DNA of 64,000 nucleotides from Ranitomeya imitator (GCF_032444005.1 NC_091287.1:549258001-549322000), one strand, 5' to 3'. Shown: positions 13,366 to 27,302, counted from the first letter of the stretch. Notes: generated by a model not told the origin, from the sequence alone. Translations and numbers: made by a program.

Positions 13366-15232
13366 AGAAATAGTGAGTGCAGCTCTGGGGTATAATACAG
13401 GAGGTAACTCAGGATCAGTAATGTAATGTATGTACACAGTGACTGCACTAGCAGAATAGTGAGTGCAGCTCTGGGGTAAAATACGGGATGTAACTCAGGA
13501 TCAGTAATGTAATGTATGTACACAGTGACTGCACCAGCAGAATAGTGAGTGCAGCTCTGGGGTAAAATACAGGATGTAACTCAGGATCAGTAATGTAATG
13601 TATGTACACAGTGACTGCACCAGCAGAATAGTGAGTGCAGCTCTGGGGTATAATACAGGATGTAACTCAGGATCAGTAATGTAATGTATGTACACAGTGA
13701 CTGCACTAGCAGAATAGTGAGTGCAGCTCTGGAGTATAATACAGGATGTAACTCAGGATCAGTAATGTAATGTATGTACACAGTGACTGCACCAGCAGAA
13801 TAGTGAGTGCAGCTCTGGGGTATAATACAGGATGTAACTCCGGATCAGTAATGTAATGTATGTACACAGTGACTGCACCAGCAGAATAGTGAGTGCAGCT
13901 CTGGAGTATAATACAGGATGTAACTCAGGATCAGTAATGTAATGTATGTACACAGTGACTGCACCAGCAGAATAGTGAGTGCAGCTCTGGGGTATAATAC
14001 AGGATATAACTCAGGATCAGTAATGTAATGTATGTACACAGTGACTGCACCAGCAGAATAGTGAGTGCAGCTCTGGGGTATAATAAAGGAGGTAACTAAG
14101 GATCAGTAATGTATGTACACAGTGACTGCACCAGCAGAATAGTGAGTGCAGCTCTGGAGTATAATACAGGATGTAACTCAGGATCAGTAATGTAATGTAT
14201 GTACACAGTGACTGCACCAGCAGAATAGTGAGTGCAGCTCTGGAGTATAATAGAGGATGTAACTCAGGATCAGTAATGTAATATATGTACACAGTGACTG
14301 CACCAGCAGAATAGTGAGTGCAGCTCTGGGGTATAATACAGGATGTAACTCAGGATCAGTAATGTAATGTATATACACGGTGACTGCACCAGCAGAATAG
14401 TGAGTGCAGCTCTGGGGTATAATACAGGATGTAACTCAGGATCAGTAATGTAATGTATGTACACAGTGACTGCACCAGCAGAATAGTGAGTGCAGCTCTG
14501 GGGTATAATACAGGATATAACTCAGGATCAGTAATGTAATGTATGTACACAGTGACTGCACCAGCAGAATAGTGAGTGCAGCTCTGGGGTATAATACAGG
14601 ATGTAACTCAGGATCAGTAATGTATGTACACAGTGACTGCACCAGCAGAATAGTGAGTGCAGCTCTGGGGTATAATACAGGATGTAACTCAGGATCAGTA
14701 ATGTAATGTATGTGCACAGTGACTGCACCAGCAGAATAGTGAGTGCAGCTCTGGAGAATAATACAGGATGTAATTCAGGATCGGTGAGGTAATGTATGTA
14801 CACAGTGACTGCACCAGCAGAATAGTGAGTGCAGCTCTGGAGTATAATACAGGATGTAACTCAGGAACAGTAATGTAATGTATGTACACAGTGACTGCAC
14901 CAGCAGAATAGTGAGTGCAGCTCTGGGGTATAATACAGGATGTAACTCAGGATCAGTAATGTAATGTATGTACACAGTGACTGCACCAGCAGAATAGTGA
15001 GTGCAGCTCTGGGGTATAATACAGGATGTAACTCAGGATCAGTAATGTATGTACACAGTGACTGCACCAGCAGAATAGTGAGCACAGCTCTGGGGTATAA
15101 TACAGGATGTAACTCAGGATCAGTAATGTAATGTATGTGCACAGTGACTGCACCAGCAGAATAGTGAGTGCAGCTCTGGAGAATAATACAGGATGTAATT
15201 CAGGATCGGTGAGGTAATGTATGCACACAGTG
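13366..15232. repeat. Tandem array, 86-bp unit (GTGAGTGCAGCTCTGGGGTATAATACAGGATGTAACTCAGGATCAGTAATGTAATGTATGTACACAGTGACTGCACCAGCAGAATA)
   Basis: Directly visible; the ORF-track entries repeat with 86-nt spacing. I recognise it as a common dispersed frog repeat. Confidence 0.97.
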
Positions 15233-17262
15233 AAAATACTTTTTATTGTTGTTCATTGATTATAACCTGAGATAACAGGAATATTTTGCCGTACAGGATA
15301 GCAGCAGTGTATACATGGAAGTAGACTGGATAAACTGCTGCTTCTGAGATCATAGCTGGAACAAATCGTGCAGAACAAGGACAGCATCGTCTGCCGTGAA
15401 GCAATGGAGAGCTGGATACAGCAGGTGCTGCGCTCTCCTCTCAATCGGCACAGGTAAGGTATGGCAGATAAGAGGAGCGCTGCATCTGTTCAGCTCAGAC
15501 AATGCTCCGTGTCTGCTCCTCGCTGACACACAAGTCACCACCTGAGCTGCAACAAACCCTTCTACTCCACAAATCACAATAACACAATCTTAATTACTTC
15601 ATCTGATTTTTTTCATTGATTTCAAAGGCGTCTCTGCCATCAAAATAAATGACTATCGCTGTAACTGCAAAGTCAATGGCCACCGAAAACCTGAAAAACA
15701 GTCCAATTATAATTGACTGTAAGGGGTTAAAAAAATCAAAACCTGAAAGTGAATATTGTACGGAATTCATTTTTTAAGCCAAAAAACCAGTGTCCGCACA
15801 TTGCTATTAATTACCTATTAGTTCCCATCTCTGCTCATGTTCAGTGGTCAAGAAGTAAATATGCAAAAGAAAAACAGAGTAATATACAAAGGAAAACACG
15901 GGAATCATCACAACCTAGAAACACTAGATCTATCCTGTATATGTGTATCACAGTTATATTACTGTACATAGGGGCACTATTATAGTAGTTATATTATTGT
16001 ACACAGGAACAGTATTATAGTAGTTATATTCTTGTATATAGGGGCAGTATTATAGTAGTTATATTATTGTACACAGGCACAGTATTATAGTAGTTATATT
16101 CTTGTACATAGGGGGCAGTATTATAGTAGTTATATTCTTGTACATAGGAGCAGTATTATAGTAGTTATATTCTTGTACATAGGGCAGTATTATAGTAGTT
16201 ATATTTTTGTACATAGGGGCAGTATTATAGTAGTTATATTCTTGTACATAAGGGGCAGTATTATAGTAGTTATATTCTTGTACATAGGGGCAGTATTATA
16301 GTAGCTATATTCTTGTATATAGGAGCAGTATTATAGTAGCTATATTCTTGTATATAGGAGCAGTATTATAGTAGTTATATTCTTGTATATAGGAGCAGTA
16401 TTATAGTAGTTACATTCTTGTACATAGGACAGTATTATAGTAGTTATATTCTTGTACATATGGGGCAGTATTATAGTAGTTATATTCTTGTACATAGGAG
16501 CAGTATTATAGTAGTTATATTCTTGTACATATGGGGCAGTATTATAGTAGTTATATTTTTGTATATAGGGGGCAGTATTATAGTAGTAATATTCTTGTAC
16601 ATAGGAGCAGTATTATAGTAGTTATATTCTTGTACATGGGGGGCAGTACTATAGTAGTTATATTCTTGTACATAGGAGCAGTATTATAGTAGTTATATTC
16701 TTGAACATAGGGGGCAGTATCATAGTAGTTATATTCTTGTACATAGGAGCAGTATTATAGTAGTTATATTCTTGTACATATGGGGCAGTATTATAGTAGT
16801 TATATTCTTGTATATAGGGGGCAGTATTATAGTAGTTATATTCTTGTACATAGGAGCAGTATTATAGTAGTTATTTTCTTGTACATAGGAGCAGTATTAT
16901 AGTAGTTATATTCTTGTACATAGGGGCAGTATTATTGTAGTTATATTCTTGTACATAAGGAGCAGTATTATAGTAGTTATATTCTTGTACATAAGGTGCA
17001 GTATTATTGTAGTTATATTCTTGTACATAGGAGCAGTATTATAGTAGTTATATTCTTGTACATAAGGGGCAGTATTATAGTGGTTATATTCCTGTACATA
17101 GGGGCAGTATTATAGTGGTTATATTCCTGTACATAGGGGCAGTATTATAGTAGTTATATTCTTGTACATAGGGGCAGTATTATAGTAGTTATATTCTTGT
17201 ACATAGGGGCAGTATTATAGTAGTTATATTCTTGTACATAAGGGGCAGTATTATAGTAGTTA

Positions 17263-18867
17263 CAGTGGGGCAAAAAAGTATTTAGTCAGTCAGCAATAGT
17301 GCAAGTTCCACCACTTAAAAAGATGAGAGGCGTCTGTAATTTACATCATAGGTAGACCTCAACTATGGTAGACAAACTGAGAAAAAAAATCCAGAAAATC
17401 ACATTGTCTGTTTTTTTAACATTTTATTTGCATATTATGGTGGAAAATAAGTATTTGGTCAGAAACAACATTTCATCTCAATACTTTGTAATATATCCTT
17501 TGTTGGCAATGACAGAGGTCAAACGTTTTCTGTAAGTCTTCACAAGGTTGCCACACACTGTTGTTGGTATGTTGGCCCATTCCTCCATGCAGATCTCCTC
17601 TAGAGCAGTGATGTTTTTGGCTTTTCGCTTGGCAACACGGACTTTCAACTCCCTCCAAAGGTTTTCTATAGGGTTAAGCTCTGGAGACTGGCTAGGCCAC
17701 TCCAGGACCTTGAAATGCTTCTTACGAAGCCACTCCTTCGTTGCCCTGGCGGTGTGCTTTGGATCATTGTCATGTTGAAAGACCCAGCCACGTTTCATCT
17801 TCAATGCCCTTGCTGATGGAAGGAGGTTTGCACTCAAAATCTCACGATACATGGCCCCATTCATTCTTTCATGTACCCGGATCAGTCGTCCTGGCCCCTT
17901 TGCAGAGAAACAGCACCAAAGCATGATGTTTCCACCACCATGCTTTACAGTAGGTATGGTGTTTGATGGATGCAACTCAGTATTCTTTTTCCTCCAAACA
18001 CGACAAGTTGTGTTTCTACCAAACAGTTCCAGTTTGGTTTCATCAGACCATAGGACATTCTCCCAAAACTCCTCTGGATCATCCAAATGCTCTCTAGCAA
18101 ACTTCAGACGGGCCCGGACATGTACTGGCTTAAGCAGTGGGACACGTCTGGCACTGCAGGATCTGAGTCCATGGTGGCGCAGTGTGTTACTTATGGTAGG
18201 CCTTGTTACATTGGTCCCAGCTCTCTGCAGCTCATTCACTAGGTCCCCCCGCGTGGTTCTGGGATTTTTGCTCACCGTTCTTGTGATCATTCTGACCCCA
18301 CGGGGTGGGATTTTGCGCGGAGCCCCAGATCGAGGGAGATTATCAGTGGTCTTGTATGTCTTCCATTTTCTAATTATTGCTCCCACTGTTGATTTTTTCA
18401 CTCCAAGCTGGTTGGCTATTGCAGATTCAATCTTCCCAGCCTGGTGCAGGGCTACAATTTTGTTTCTGGTGTCCTTTGACAGCTCTTTGGTCTTCACCAT
18501 AGTGGAGTTTGGAGTCAGACTGTTTGAGGGTGTGCACAGTTGTCTTTTTATACTGATAACAAGTTTAAACAGGTGCCATTACTACAGGTAATGAGTGGAG
18601 GAAAGAGGAGACTCTTAAAGAAGAAGTTACAGGTCTGTGAGAGCTTGAAATCTTGATTGTTTGTTTCTGACCAAATACTTATTTTCCACCATAATATGCA
18701 AATAAAATGTTAAAAAAACAGACAATGTGATTTTCTGGATTTTTTTTTCTCAGTTTGTCTCCCATAGTTGAGGTCTACCTATGATGTAAATTACAGACGC
18801 CTCTCATCTTTTTAAGTGGTGGAACTTGCACTATTGCTGACTGACTAAATACTTTTTTGCCCCACTG
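17263..18867 (-). mobile_element. Full-length Tc1/mariner transposon, IR/DR type (1605 bp)
   Basis: TA duplication at 17261-62 and 18868-69 that restores the unit gtagtTAtattcttgtac. Inverted repeats of ~205 bp begin CAGTGGGGCAAAAAAGTATTTAGTCAG and differ at about 2 positions. Inner direct repeat AAGTATTTGGTCAG. Confidence 0.98.
17478..18500 (-). CDS. Tc1 DD34E transposase, 340 aa, open reading frame intact
   Basis: Paired-like HTH N-terminus, GRPR-like motif (RSGAPRK), WSDETK, QHDND-x-PIEN with 34 residues between D and E, and C-terminal KGYITKY. Confidence 0.95.
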   Translation of the reverse strand: MVKTKELSKDTRNKIVALHQAGKIESAIANQLGVKKSTVGAIIRKWKTYKTTDNLPRSGAPRKIPPRGVRMITRTVSKNPRTTRGDLVNELQRAGTNVTRPTISNTLRHHGLRSCSARRVPLLKPVHVRARLKFAREHLDDPEEFWENVLWSDETKLELFGRNTTCRVWRKKNTELHPSNTIPTVKHGGGNIMLWCCFSAKGPGRLIRVHERMNGAMYREILSANLLPSARALKMKRGWVFQHDNDPKHTARATKEWLRKKHFKVLEWPSQSPELNPIENLWRELKVRVAKRKAKNITALEEICMEEWANIPTTVCGNLVKTYRKRLTSVIANKGYITKY

Positions 18868-21154
18868 TATATTCTTGTACATAAGGGGCAGTATTATTGT
18901 AGTTATATTCTTGTACATAGGAGCAGTATTATAGTAGTTATATTCTTGTACATAGGAGCAGCATTATTGTAGTTATATTCTTGTACATAGGTGCACTATT
19001 ATAGTAGTTATATTCTTGTACATAGGAGCAGTATTATAGTAGTTATTTTCTTGTACATAGGAGCAGTATTATAGTAGTTATATTCTTGTACATAGGGGCA
19101 GTATTATTGTAGTTATATTCTTGTACATAAGGAGCAGTATTATAGTAGTTATATTCTTGTACATAGGAGCAGTATTATAGTAGTTATATTCTTGTACATA
19201 GGGGCAGTATCATAGTAGTTATATTTAGTCCCATATATCTGTAAATGATACCTTGAGAAGAGTGAACAGGAATCTGGATAATCAGTGAGACCTCTCTACA
19301 TACTGAGCTCTGTGTAATTTACTCTGCTTTACTCACTGATGGTTTGGTCCCAGGAGAGTAAGTTTCCTGATAACTTGCAATAAAGTTTAATGGAGCAGGA
19401 GATTGGCCTTACAAGACATTTTGGTAGATGCTGGAAACCTATGATGAAAGGTTACCGTATGTATAAAAGGTTAATAGCGTTATATCAGATCATTATATTG
19501 GGCTCTCCCAACACAATGAATGCAGCCCAGGGAGGAGGGCGACCTGTTACACAGCACAGAGTGACGGTTTTATTTGTTGTTCTCTTCGCACTCATCGCGT
19601 CTGCAGCTAATCATTTGCTTTAATAAAACAAGAGCCATCTACCAGCAGCTTGGAAAGCCTATGTTCCTGACATGTACTTTTAGCACCGGCTAGCAGACAG
19701 AGGTGAGACACGTAAATGCAGATTACATAAGATCAGCTGCATCTCCCTCCTCCCCCTCTCTGCACAGAGCACGCTCACTACACCCTCCCATAGACTTTTT
19801 TTGTTTTTTTCTGAAGGTTTAAAAAAAACAAAAAAACAAATAAATAACCTGATGATAAAATAAAAATAACTATTCAATATGGTTGTACAGCACGAGTATT
19901 TATGCATTGGGGAAAAAAAAATACAGAAAGGTGCGAATCTTACGCGAGAATTTGTTATATAGCTTCAGCTCAATAAATGAGATTTTAGAATTCTCATCTA
20001 ATCGTTGACCTGTGGATTTTACATTCTGATGACAAAATCCGCACGAAACCCCAAGATTCCACATTGTACGACTGTAAGATCCTTCTAATCTCCGGCAGCG
20101 AAGCTCCATGAATCAGCGCCGTTATGTAAATATGTCACGGCTCGTTTCGCCTTGCCGTACAGCCGCGAGCCGCAGCGCGCACGCCGGCCGTTATGTCATG
20201 AAGTTTATGGCCATTATTAAGATGTACATTAAGGCAATCTCTACGGAAGTAATTAGAAGGGTATTCATTTGGATGAAATCCAGGAGATAATGTGCGCAGA
20301 AAATCGAGGCGTGTGGGGGTAGCGAGATGGAGCGCGAGTGGCTAAAATCAGAGAATATACAGAAGCCACGGAGCTGAATGTATCCATTAACTCATTAGTA
20401 GCACAATCACAACAATCCAAAGAACACAGTTTCATAGGGAAAAAATTGAGCACAACACGGCCATTAAGTCTCCTTACACCTTGCCTTTGACACAGCCGCC
20501 GGGCTACTTACAACATATGGAGCACCAGTCTTTATTTCTCTTTTCTTTTGTCTAGCTGTTGGTTGTTTTTCGCTTTTTATTTTCTCTAAATTTTTCTAAT
20601 AGTTTGTTCCTTTTTCAGTCTTTTTTTTTCTCCTGTTTCTTAGGTTTGTCATTATGATTGCGGAATTTGTTTTAAGGCTATTTTTTTTTCTCAAATGTAT
20701 TCCTGTCCCTCCCTCCAGGAGTGATTTTATGTACATCTGAAGGTTGTGATAACATTTTTGCAACATTTTAACATTTTCATGTGATTTCTTGCTCGAAAAA
20801 GGACAGAAAAAAATAATAAAAAAAGCATTTTTTATTTTGCACAAATGTGATGAACTGTGGGTGCCAAAATGAAGATCTTGGCACAAAAAAAAAGTCAAAC
20901 ACGGAAAAAAAAAAGCCGCAAGGGTTGAATCGGGGACAAGGTGTCTTGGAATGGACAAATACATGTGCAGCGCCCTTGTTTGGCACAGGACTATACCGTG
21001 ATACAGTGTCTGCCATTAACTCCCTTCACCTGTGAGTGATATTATTGAGAAGTGGAAGGAATGGCAGCAAATCGGCCACGAAGTGGAGACCCCATAACTT
21101 TACAGAGTGGGGGGGCCGAGTGCCGAGGAGCAGAGGGTAAAAAAAAGTCACCAC

Positions 21155-21616
21155 TAGGGTTGAGCGACTTTTACTTTTTTAGGGTCGAGTCGGGTTTCGC
21201 GAAACCCGACTATCTCAAAAGTCGAGTCGAGTGAAATCAGCCGATTATGGCGGAAAGTCGGGGATCGACCGAAACACGTAACCCAATGCAAAGTCAATGG
21301 AAAATTTCTTCTCCTTCTCCCTCGTCCCTGAACAGAAAAGCTGGTGTTACACATTGCAAATCGCTACAGCGCACAAGCCACAAGATGGTGATAGGCGTCC
21401 ACGCCCCTAAGACCTATGTCATCACTCTGCCCACGCTCCTTCATTGGCTGAAAAAATGGTTCCAAACGCGTCATACGAAACGCGACTTTGGCGCGAAGAT
21501 CGCCGACCGCATGGCCGATCCCACACTAGGATCGGGTCGGGTTGGGTTTCATGAAACCCGACTTTGCCAAAAGTCGCCGACTTTTGAATTTGTCCGATCC
21601 GTTTCGCTCAAGCCTA
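21155..21616. mobile_element. Non-autonomous hAT MITE (462 bp)
   Basis: TIR TAGGGTTGAGCGA ... TCGCTCAAGCCTA with a perfect 8-bp TSD GTCACCAC (21147-54 and 21617-24). An 8-bp TSD with TAGGG ends is typical of hAT. Confidence 0.9.
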
Positions 21617-21734
21617 GTCACCACCGCTCTGCTGACCCCATAACTGCAGAGTCCAGAGCTCTTCTGGTATAACAGGAGCACAAACACTGCGCCAACACCG
21701 AGAGCTTTATAGCGGTGCAGCTACATGCAGGCTA

Positions 21735-22055
21735 CATCATGAAGAACAATGCTGAGCGTCAGATGGAGCCAACACTGGACTCTGGAGGAGACATGTTCTG
21801 TGCAGTGACGGATCGCACTTCTTTATCTGCATTTGATGGAGGAGTCTGGGTTTGGTGATTCCAGGAGGACGTTACCCCCTGACTGCATTGTGCCCTCTGT
21901 ACAGATGGTGGAGGAGGATAATGCTATGGGGGATGTTTTCAAAGGTCAGATTGGAACCGTCACATTGTGGATAATTGCAGCTTCCGCTTTGTGGGAACAG
22001 TTTGGTGAAGACTTTTCCACATGATGGCGCCCAGTGTACAAGGTCCATACAGACA
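21735..22055 (+). pseudogene. Highly decayed Tc1 transposase fragment
   Basis: Broken frames give WTLE...VQ*RIAL (for WSDES), DGGVWVW, LPPDCIVPSV, GGGG..LWGCF and HDGAPVYK, in Tc1 catalytic-domain order. Confidence 0.7.
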
Positions 22056-23299
22056 AAGGGGAGAACATGAGCGGCCGCACCGAGCCCGGACCTTAGCCAA
22101 CACCTATCCTGGAGAGTGTGACCCCGGCCTACCCCCAATATAAGGGTCTGACCCCACAAATGATCTTCTGGATGAAGGGGCAAAAGTTGCCAAAGACATC
22201 TCCAAAATGTAGTAGAAATCCTTCCAAGAAGAGAGGAGCAGTTATATTTTTGGAGGGCAAGTCCATATTAATGGTTGGAGGATGAGAGGTGGATGTGGAG
22301 CACTTCCAATTAATTTCTGTCTTAAAATAAGAGACTAAACTAGTGCTATAACATCCATGAAGGTCTCCAAGTGATCCCGCAAACTGACAGAAGTGGCCGC
22401 AGCAAGGCCTGGCGGTGACGGGACCTCCACCTCGCTGTGTGCGGCTGCTCTGTCCTGCTCTTACGGCACAATTAGCAGTGTGCACGGCGTTCAGGGTAAA
22501 GAGGAGGCTCCCCATGGATTTATTACCACAACTTTATAATCCATTTCTAAATATTATATGATGTAACCAAAACCGGGGAAGCAGATTCTGCTCCAAGTAC
22601 CGGACACAGCAACAAAACATGGAGCAAGTTACCATCCCATCAACAAAGGGTTAAAGACCGTGTAAATTGGCTGCCCAAAATACGTAACAATGGATCCTTA
22701 TGATAAGCCATCGATGCTGGTGGTCCTCATCAATGGAAATAAAAAAAACTCCGCAGCATTGGGTAAAGCCTAGCTTACGGAGAATAATAACGGGATTTAA
22801 AAAGGCTGACCAATCAAAAACATTTCTCACCTGTCCATAAAGTAGTTACAAAATACAAGATTGCAGATGATTTCACAACTGGGACTCCCATTGTGGTGAT
22901 CCAACCAGTGCTCCATTCAGCTGGGCTAGCTCCTTTTGGTTCACAGGCCCTGAATCGCGCAGTAGTGCGCATGTGCCACCATGGCTCCATCCAAACGGGA
23001 AACATGGGACCTCTGCTCTTATGATTGGAGGTGGTCCCAGTGATCTTCCAACTATTCTGTGCATGGCTCCTAACAGCCCTATCTCTGGAGGACTGCTGGG
23101 GACCCCATAAGAGATAGGCAAAAAGATTCAAACTACTACAAGTTTGAACCTTCCACTTTCGTTCCTATTAAGGTTCAGTCATTGTGGAATAGAGAGACCA
23201 TTAAGGGTCTTTGTGCTGCTTTCCTCTGGGACACCGAGAAACTATTTGTGCAAAGCTGCCTTCTGGGACAGGAGACTCCTAAACACCAAAAATGGTGAA

Positions 23300-26200
23300 C
23301 TGCATTTCAGAGCTCATTGGGTGTTCCCTGCTAGTGTAACTTCAGGTTAAGAGATCAGTGGGTGTTCCCTGCTAGTGTAACTTCAGGTTAAGAGATCAGT
23401 GGGTGTTCCCTGCTAGTGTAACTTCAGGTTAAGAGATCAGTGGGTGTTCCCTGCTAGTGTAACTTCAGGTTAAGAGATCAGTGGGTGTTCCCAGCATGTG
23501 TAACTTCAGGTAAAAGATCCGTGAGTGTTCCCAGCTTGTGTAACTTCAGGTTAAGAGATCAGTGAGTGTTCCCTGCTAGTGTAACTTCAGGTTAAGAGAT
23601 CAGTGGGTGTTCCCTGCTAGTGTAACTTCAGGTTAAGAGATCAGTGGGTGTTCCCTGCTAGTGTAACTTCAGGTTAAGAGATCAGTGGGTGTTCCCTGCT
23701 AGTGTAACTTCAGGTTAAGAGATCAGTGGGTGTTCCCAGCATGTGTAACTTCAGGTAAAAGATCCGTGAGTGTTCCCAGCTTGTGTAACTTCAGGTTAAG
23801 AGATCAGTGAGTGTTCCCTGCTAGTGTAACTTCAGGTTACGAGATCAGTGGGTGTTCCCTGCTAGTGTAACTTCAGGTTACGAGATCAGTGGGTGTTCCC
23901 TGCTAGTGTAACTTCAGGTTACGAGATCAGTGGGTGTTCCCTGCTAGTGTAACTTCAGGTTAAGAGATCAGTGGGTGTTCTCAGCATGTGTAACTTCAGG
24001 TAAGAGATCCGTGAGTGTTCCCTGCTAGTGTAACTTCAGGTTAAGAGATCAGTGAGTGTTCCCTGCTAGTGTAACTTCAGGTTAAGAAATTAGTGAGCAT
24101 TCCCTGCTTGTGTAACTTCAGGTTAAGAGACCAGTGGGTGTTCCCTGCTAGTGTAACTTCAGGTAAGAGATCCGTGAGTGTTCCCTGCTAGTGTAACTTC
24201 AGGTTAAGAAATTAGTGAGCATTCCCTGCTTGTGTAACTTCAGGTTAAGAGACCAGTGGGTGTTCCCTGCTAGTGTAACTTCAGGTTACGAGATCAGTGG
24301 GTGTTCCCTGCTAGTGTAACTTCAGGTTAAGAGATCAGTGGGTGTTTCCTGCTTGTGTAACTTCAGGTTAAGAGATCAGTGGGTGTTCCCTGCTTCTGTA
24401 ACTTCAGGTTAAGAGATCAGTGGGTGTTTCCTGCTTGTTTAACTTCAGGTTAAGAGATTAGTGGGTGTTCCCTGCTAGTGTAACTTCAGGTTAAGAGATC
24501 AATGAGTGTTCCCTGCTTGTGTAACTTCAGGTTAAGAGATCAGTGGGTGTTCCCTGCTTGTGTAACTTCAGGTTAAGAGACCAGTGGGTGTTCCCTGCTA
24601 GTGTAACTTCAGGTTAAGAGATCAGTGGGTGTTCCCTGCTAGTGTAACTTCAGGTTAAGAGATCAGTGAGTGTTCCCAGCTTGTGTAACTTGAGGTTAAG
24701 AGATCAGTGAGTGTTCCCTGTTAGTGTAACTTCAGGTTAAGAGATCAATGAGTGTTCCCTGCTTGTGTAACTTCAGGTTAAGAGATCAGTGGGTGTTTCC
24801 TGCTTGTGTAACTTGAGGTTAAGAGATCAGTGAGTGTTCCCTGCTTGTGTAACTTCAGGTTAAGAGATCAATGAGTGTTCCCTGCTTGTGTAACTTCAGG
24901 TTAAGAGATCAATGAGTGTTCCCTGCTTGTGTAACTTCAGGTTAAGAGATCAATGAGTGTTCCCTGCTTGTGTAACTTCAGGTTAAGAGATCAATGAGTG
25001 TTCCCTGCTTGTGTAACTTCAGGTTAAGAGATCAGTGAGTGTTTCCTGCTTGTGTATCTTCAGGTTAAGAGATCAGTGAGTGTTCCCTGCTTGTGTAACT
25101 TCAGGTTAAGAGATCAGTGAGTGTTCCCTGCTTGTGTAACTTCAGGTTAAGAGATCAGTGGGTGTTCCCTGCTTGTGTAACTTCAGGTTAAGAGATCAGT
25201 GGGTGTTCCCTGCTAGTTTAACTTCAGGTTAAGAGATCAGTGGGTGTTTCCTGCTTGTGTAACTTCAGGTTAAGAGATCAGTGGGTGTTCCCTGCTTGTG
25301 TAACTTCAGGTTAAGAGATCAGTGGGTGTTCCCAGCTTGTGTAACTTCAGGTTAAGAGATCAGTGGGTGTTCCCTGCTTGTGTAACTTCAGGTTAAGAGA
25401 TCAGTGGATGTTTCCTGCTTGTGTAACTTCAGGTTAAGAGATCAGTGGGTGTTTCCTGCTTGTGTAACTTCAGGTTAAGAGATCAGTGGGTGTTCCCTGC
25501 TAGTGTAACTTCAGGTTAAGAGATCAGTGGGTGTTTCCTGCTTGTGTAACTTCAGGTTAAGAGATCAGTGGGTGTTTCCTGCTTGTGTAACTTCAGGTTA
25601 AGAGATCAGTGGGTGCTCCCTGCTAGTGTAACTTCAGGTTAAGAGATCAGTGGGTGTTCCCTGCTTGTGTAACTTCAGGTTAGGAGATCAGTGGGTGTTC
25701 CCTGTTAGTGTAACTTCAGGTTAAGAGATCAGTGGGTGTTCCCTGTTTGTGTAACTTCAGGTTAAGAGATCAGTGAGTGTTTCCTGCTAGTGTAACTTCA
25801 GGTTAAGAGATCAGTGGGTGTTCCCTGCTTGTGTAACTTCAGGTTAAGAGATCAGTGGGTGTTTCCTGCTTGTGTAACTTCAGGTTAAGAGATCAGTGGG
25901 TGTTCCCTGCTTGTGTAACTTCAGGTTAAGAGATCAGTGGGTGTTCCCTGCTTGTGTAACTTCAGGTTAAGAGATCAGTGGGTGTTTCCTGCTTGTGTAA
26001 CGTCAGGTTAAGAGATCAGTGGGTGTTTCCTGCTTGTGTAACGTCAGGTTAAGAGATCAGTGGGGGTTTCCTGCTTGTGTAACTTCAGGTTAAGAGATCA
26101 GTGGGTGTTCCCTGCTAGTGTAACTTCAGGTTAAGAGATCAGTGGGTGTTTCCTGCTTGTGTAACTTCAGGTTAAGAGATCAGTGGGTGTTCCCTGCTTG

Positions 26201-26452
26201 TGTAACTTCAGGTTAAGAGATCAGTGGGTGTTTCCTGCTTGTGTAACTTCAGGTTAAGAGATCAGTGGGTGTTCCCTGCTTGTGTAACTTCAGGTTAAGA
26301 GATCAGTGGGTGTTTCCTGCTTGTGTAACTTCAGGTTAAGAGATCAGTGGGTGTTCCCTGCTTGTGTAACTTCAGGTTAAGAGATCAGTGGGTGTTCCCA
26401 GCTTGTGTAACTTCAGGTTAAGAGATCAGTGAGTGTTCCCTGCTAGTGTAAT
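23300..26452. repeat. Minisatellite, 41-bp unit GTGGGTGTTCCCTGCT(A/T)GTGTAACTTCAGGTTAAGAGATCA
   Basis: Directly visible, about 77 copies, highly homogeneous. Confidence 0.97.
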
Positions 26453-26463
26453 TGTTTCTTTGA

Positions 26464-27302
26464 TTCCACTGAGGACTCTCAATTCTAAATATTTTTCTAT
26501 GTCTTTAACTCACAGAGATATGTCACACAAAATACTTAATAAGTAACATTTCCCACATGTCTACTTTACATCAGCACAATTTTGGAACCAACATTTTTTT
26601 TGTTAGGGAGTTATAAGGGTTAAAAGTTGACCAGCAATATCTCATTTTTACAACACCATTTTTTTTAGGGACCACATTACATTTGAAGTCATTTTGAGGG
26701 GTGTATAAAATAAATAATCTTTATTTTTATATAGCACTAACATATTCCGCAGTGCTTTACAGTTTGCACACATTAACATCGCTGTCCCCGTTGGGGCTCA
26801 CAATCTAGATTCCCTATCAGTATGTCTTTGGAATGTGGGAGGAAACCGGAGTACCCGGAGGAAACCCACGCAAACACGAGGAGAACATACAAACTCTTTG
26901 CAGATGTTGTCCAAGGTGAGATTAGAACCCAGGACTCCAGCGCTGCAAGGCTGCAGTGCTATCCACTGAGCCACCATGTTGCCCTGGCATCGCGTTGCTC
27001 CGAGGGTCTCAGGGAAGCACGCAGGGAGCCCCCTCCCTGCGCGATGCTTCCCTATGCCGCCGAAACACTGCAATCATGTTTGATCGCAGTGTTTTGGGAG
27101 TTAATGTGCCAGGAGCGGTCCGTGACTACTCCTGGCACATAGTGCCAGATGTCAGCTGCGATAGTCAGATGACACCTGGCCGCGATCGGCCGCGCTCCCT
27201 CCATGAGCGCGGCCGATCGCATAAGACGTACTATCCCGTCACTGGAAATTAAGTCCCAGGTCACCTCGACAGGATTGTACGTCATATGAGATTAAGCCGT
27301 TA
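26464..27302. mobile_element. Remnant of a non-autonomous DNA transposon (possibly TTAA-ended T2/Kolobok type) interrupted by a SINE
   Basis: Segments 26464-26704 and 26985-27302 resemble frog interspersed repeats as I recall them. The right end gattaagccgttaa resembles the AAGGGGTTAA terminus. Family assignment is tentative. Confidence 0.35.
26705..26984 (-). mobile_element. tRNA-derived SINE with V-domain (V-SINE)
   Basis: Minus strand has an A box TGGCTCAGTGG, a B-box-like GGTTCTAATC, the V-domain GAGTTTGTATGTTCTCC..GCGTGGGTTTCCTCCGGGTACTCCGGTTTCCTCCCACA, and an AT-rich tail GCTATATAAAAATAAAG. Confidence 0.9.

Larger units (their letters stand above)
15958..19226. repeat. Minisatellite, 33-35-bp unit GGGGCAGTATTATAGTAGTTATATTCTTGTACATA, interrupted by a Tc1 element
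   Basis: The array continues in register on both sides of 17263-18867. Confidence 0.97.

Noticed and set aside
13228-15228. Series of near-identical 64-91-aa ORFs (MYIHYITDPEL...)
   Set aside because: Each is a translation of the 86-bp repeat.
17851-18591. 246-aa ORF on the plus strand
   Set aside because: It is the antisense shadow of the Tc1 transposase.
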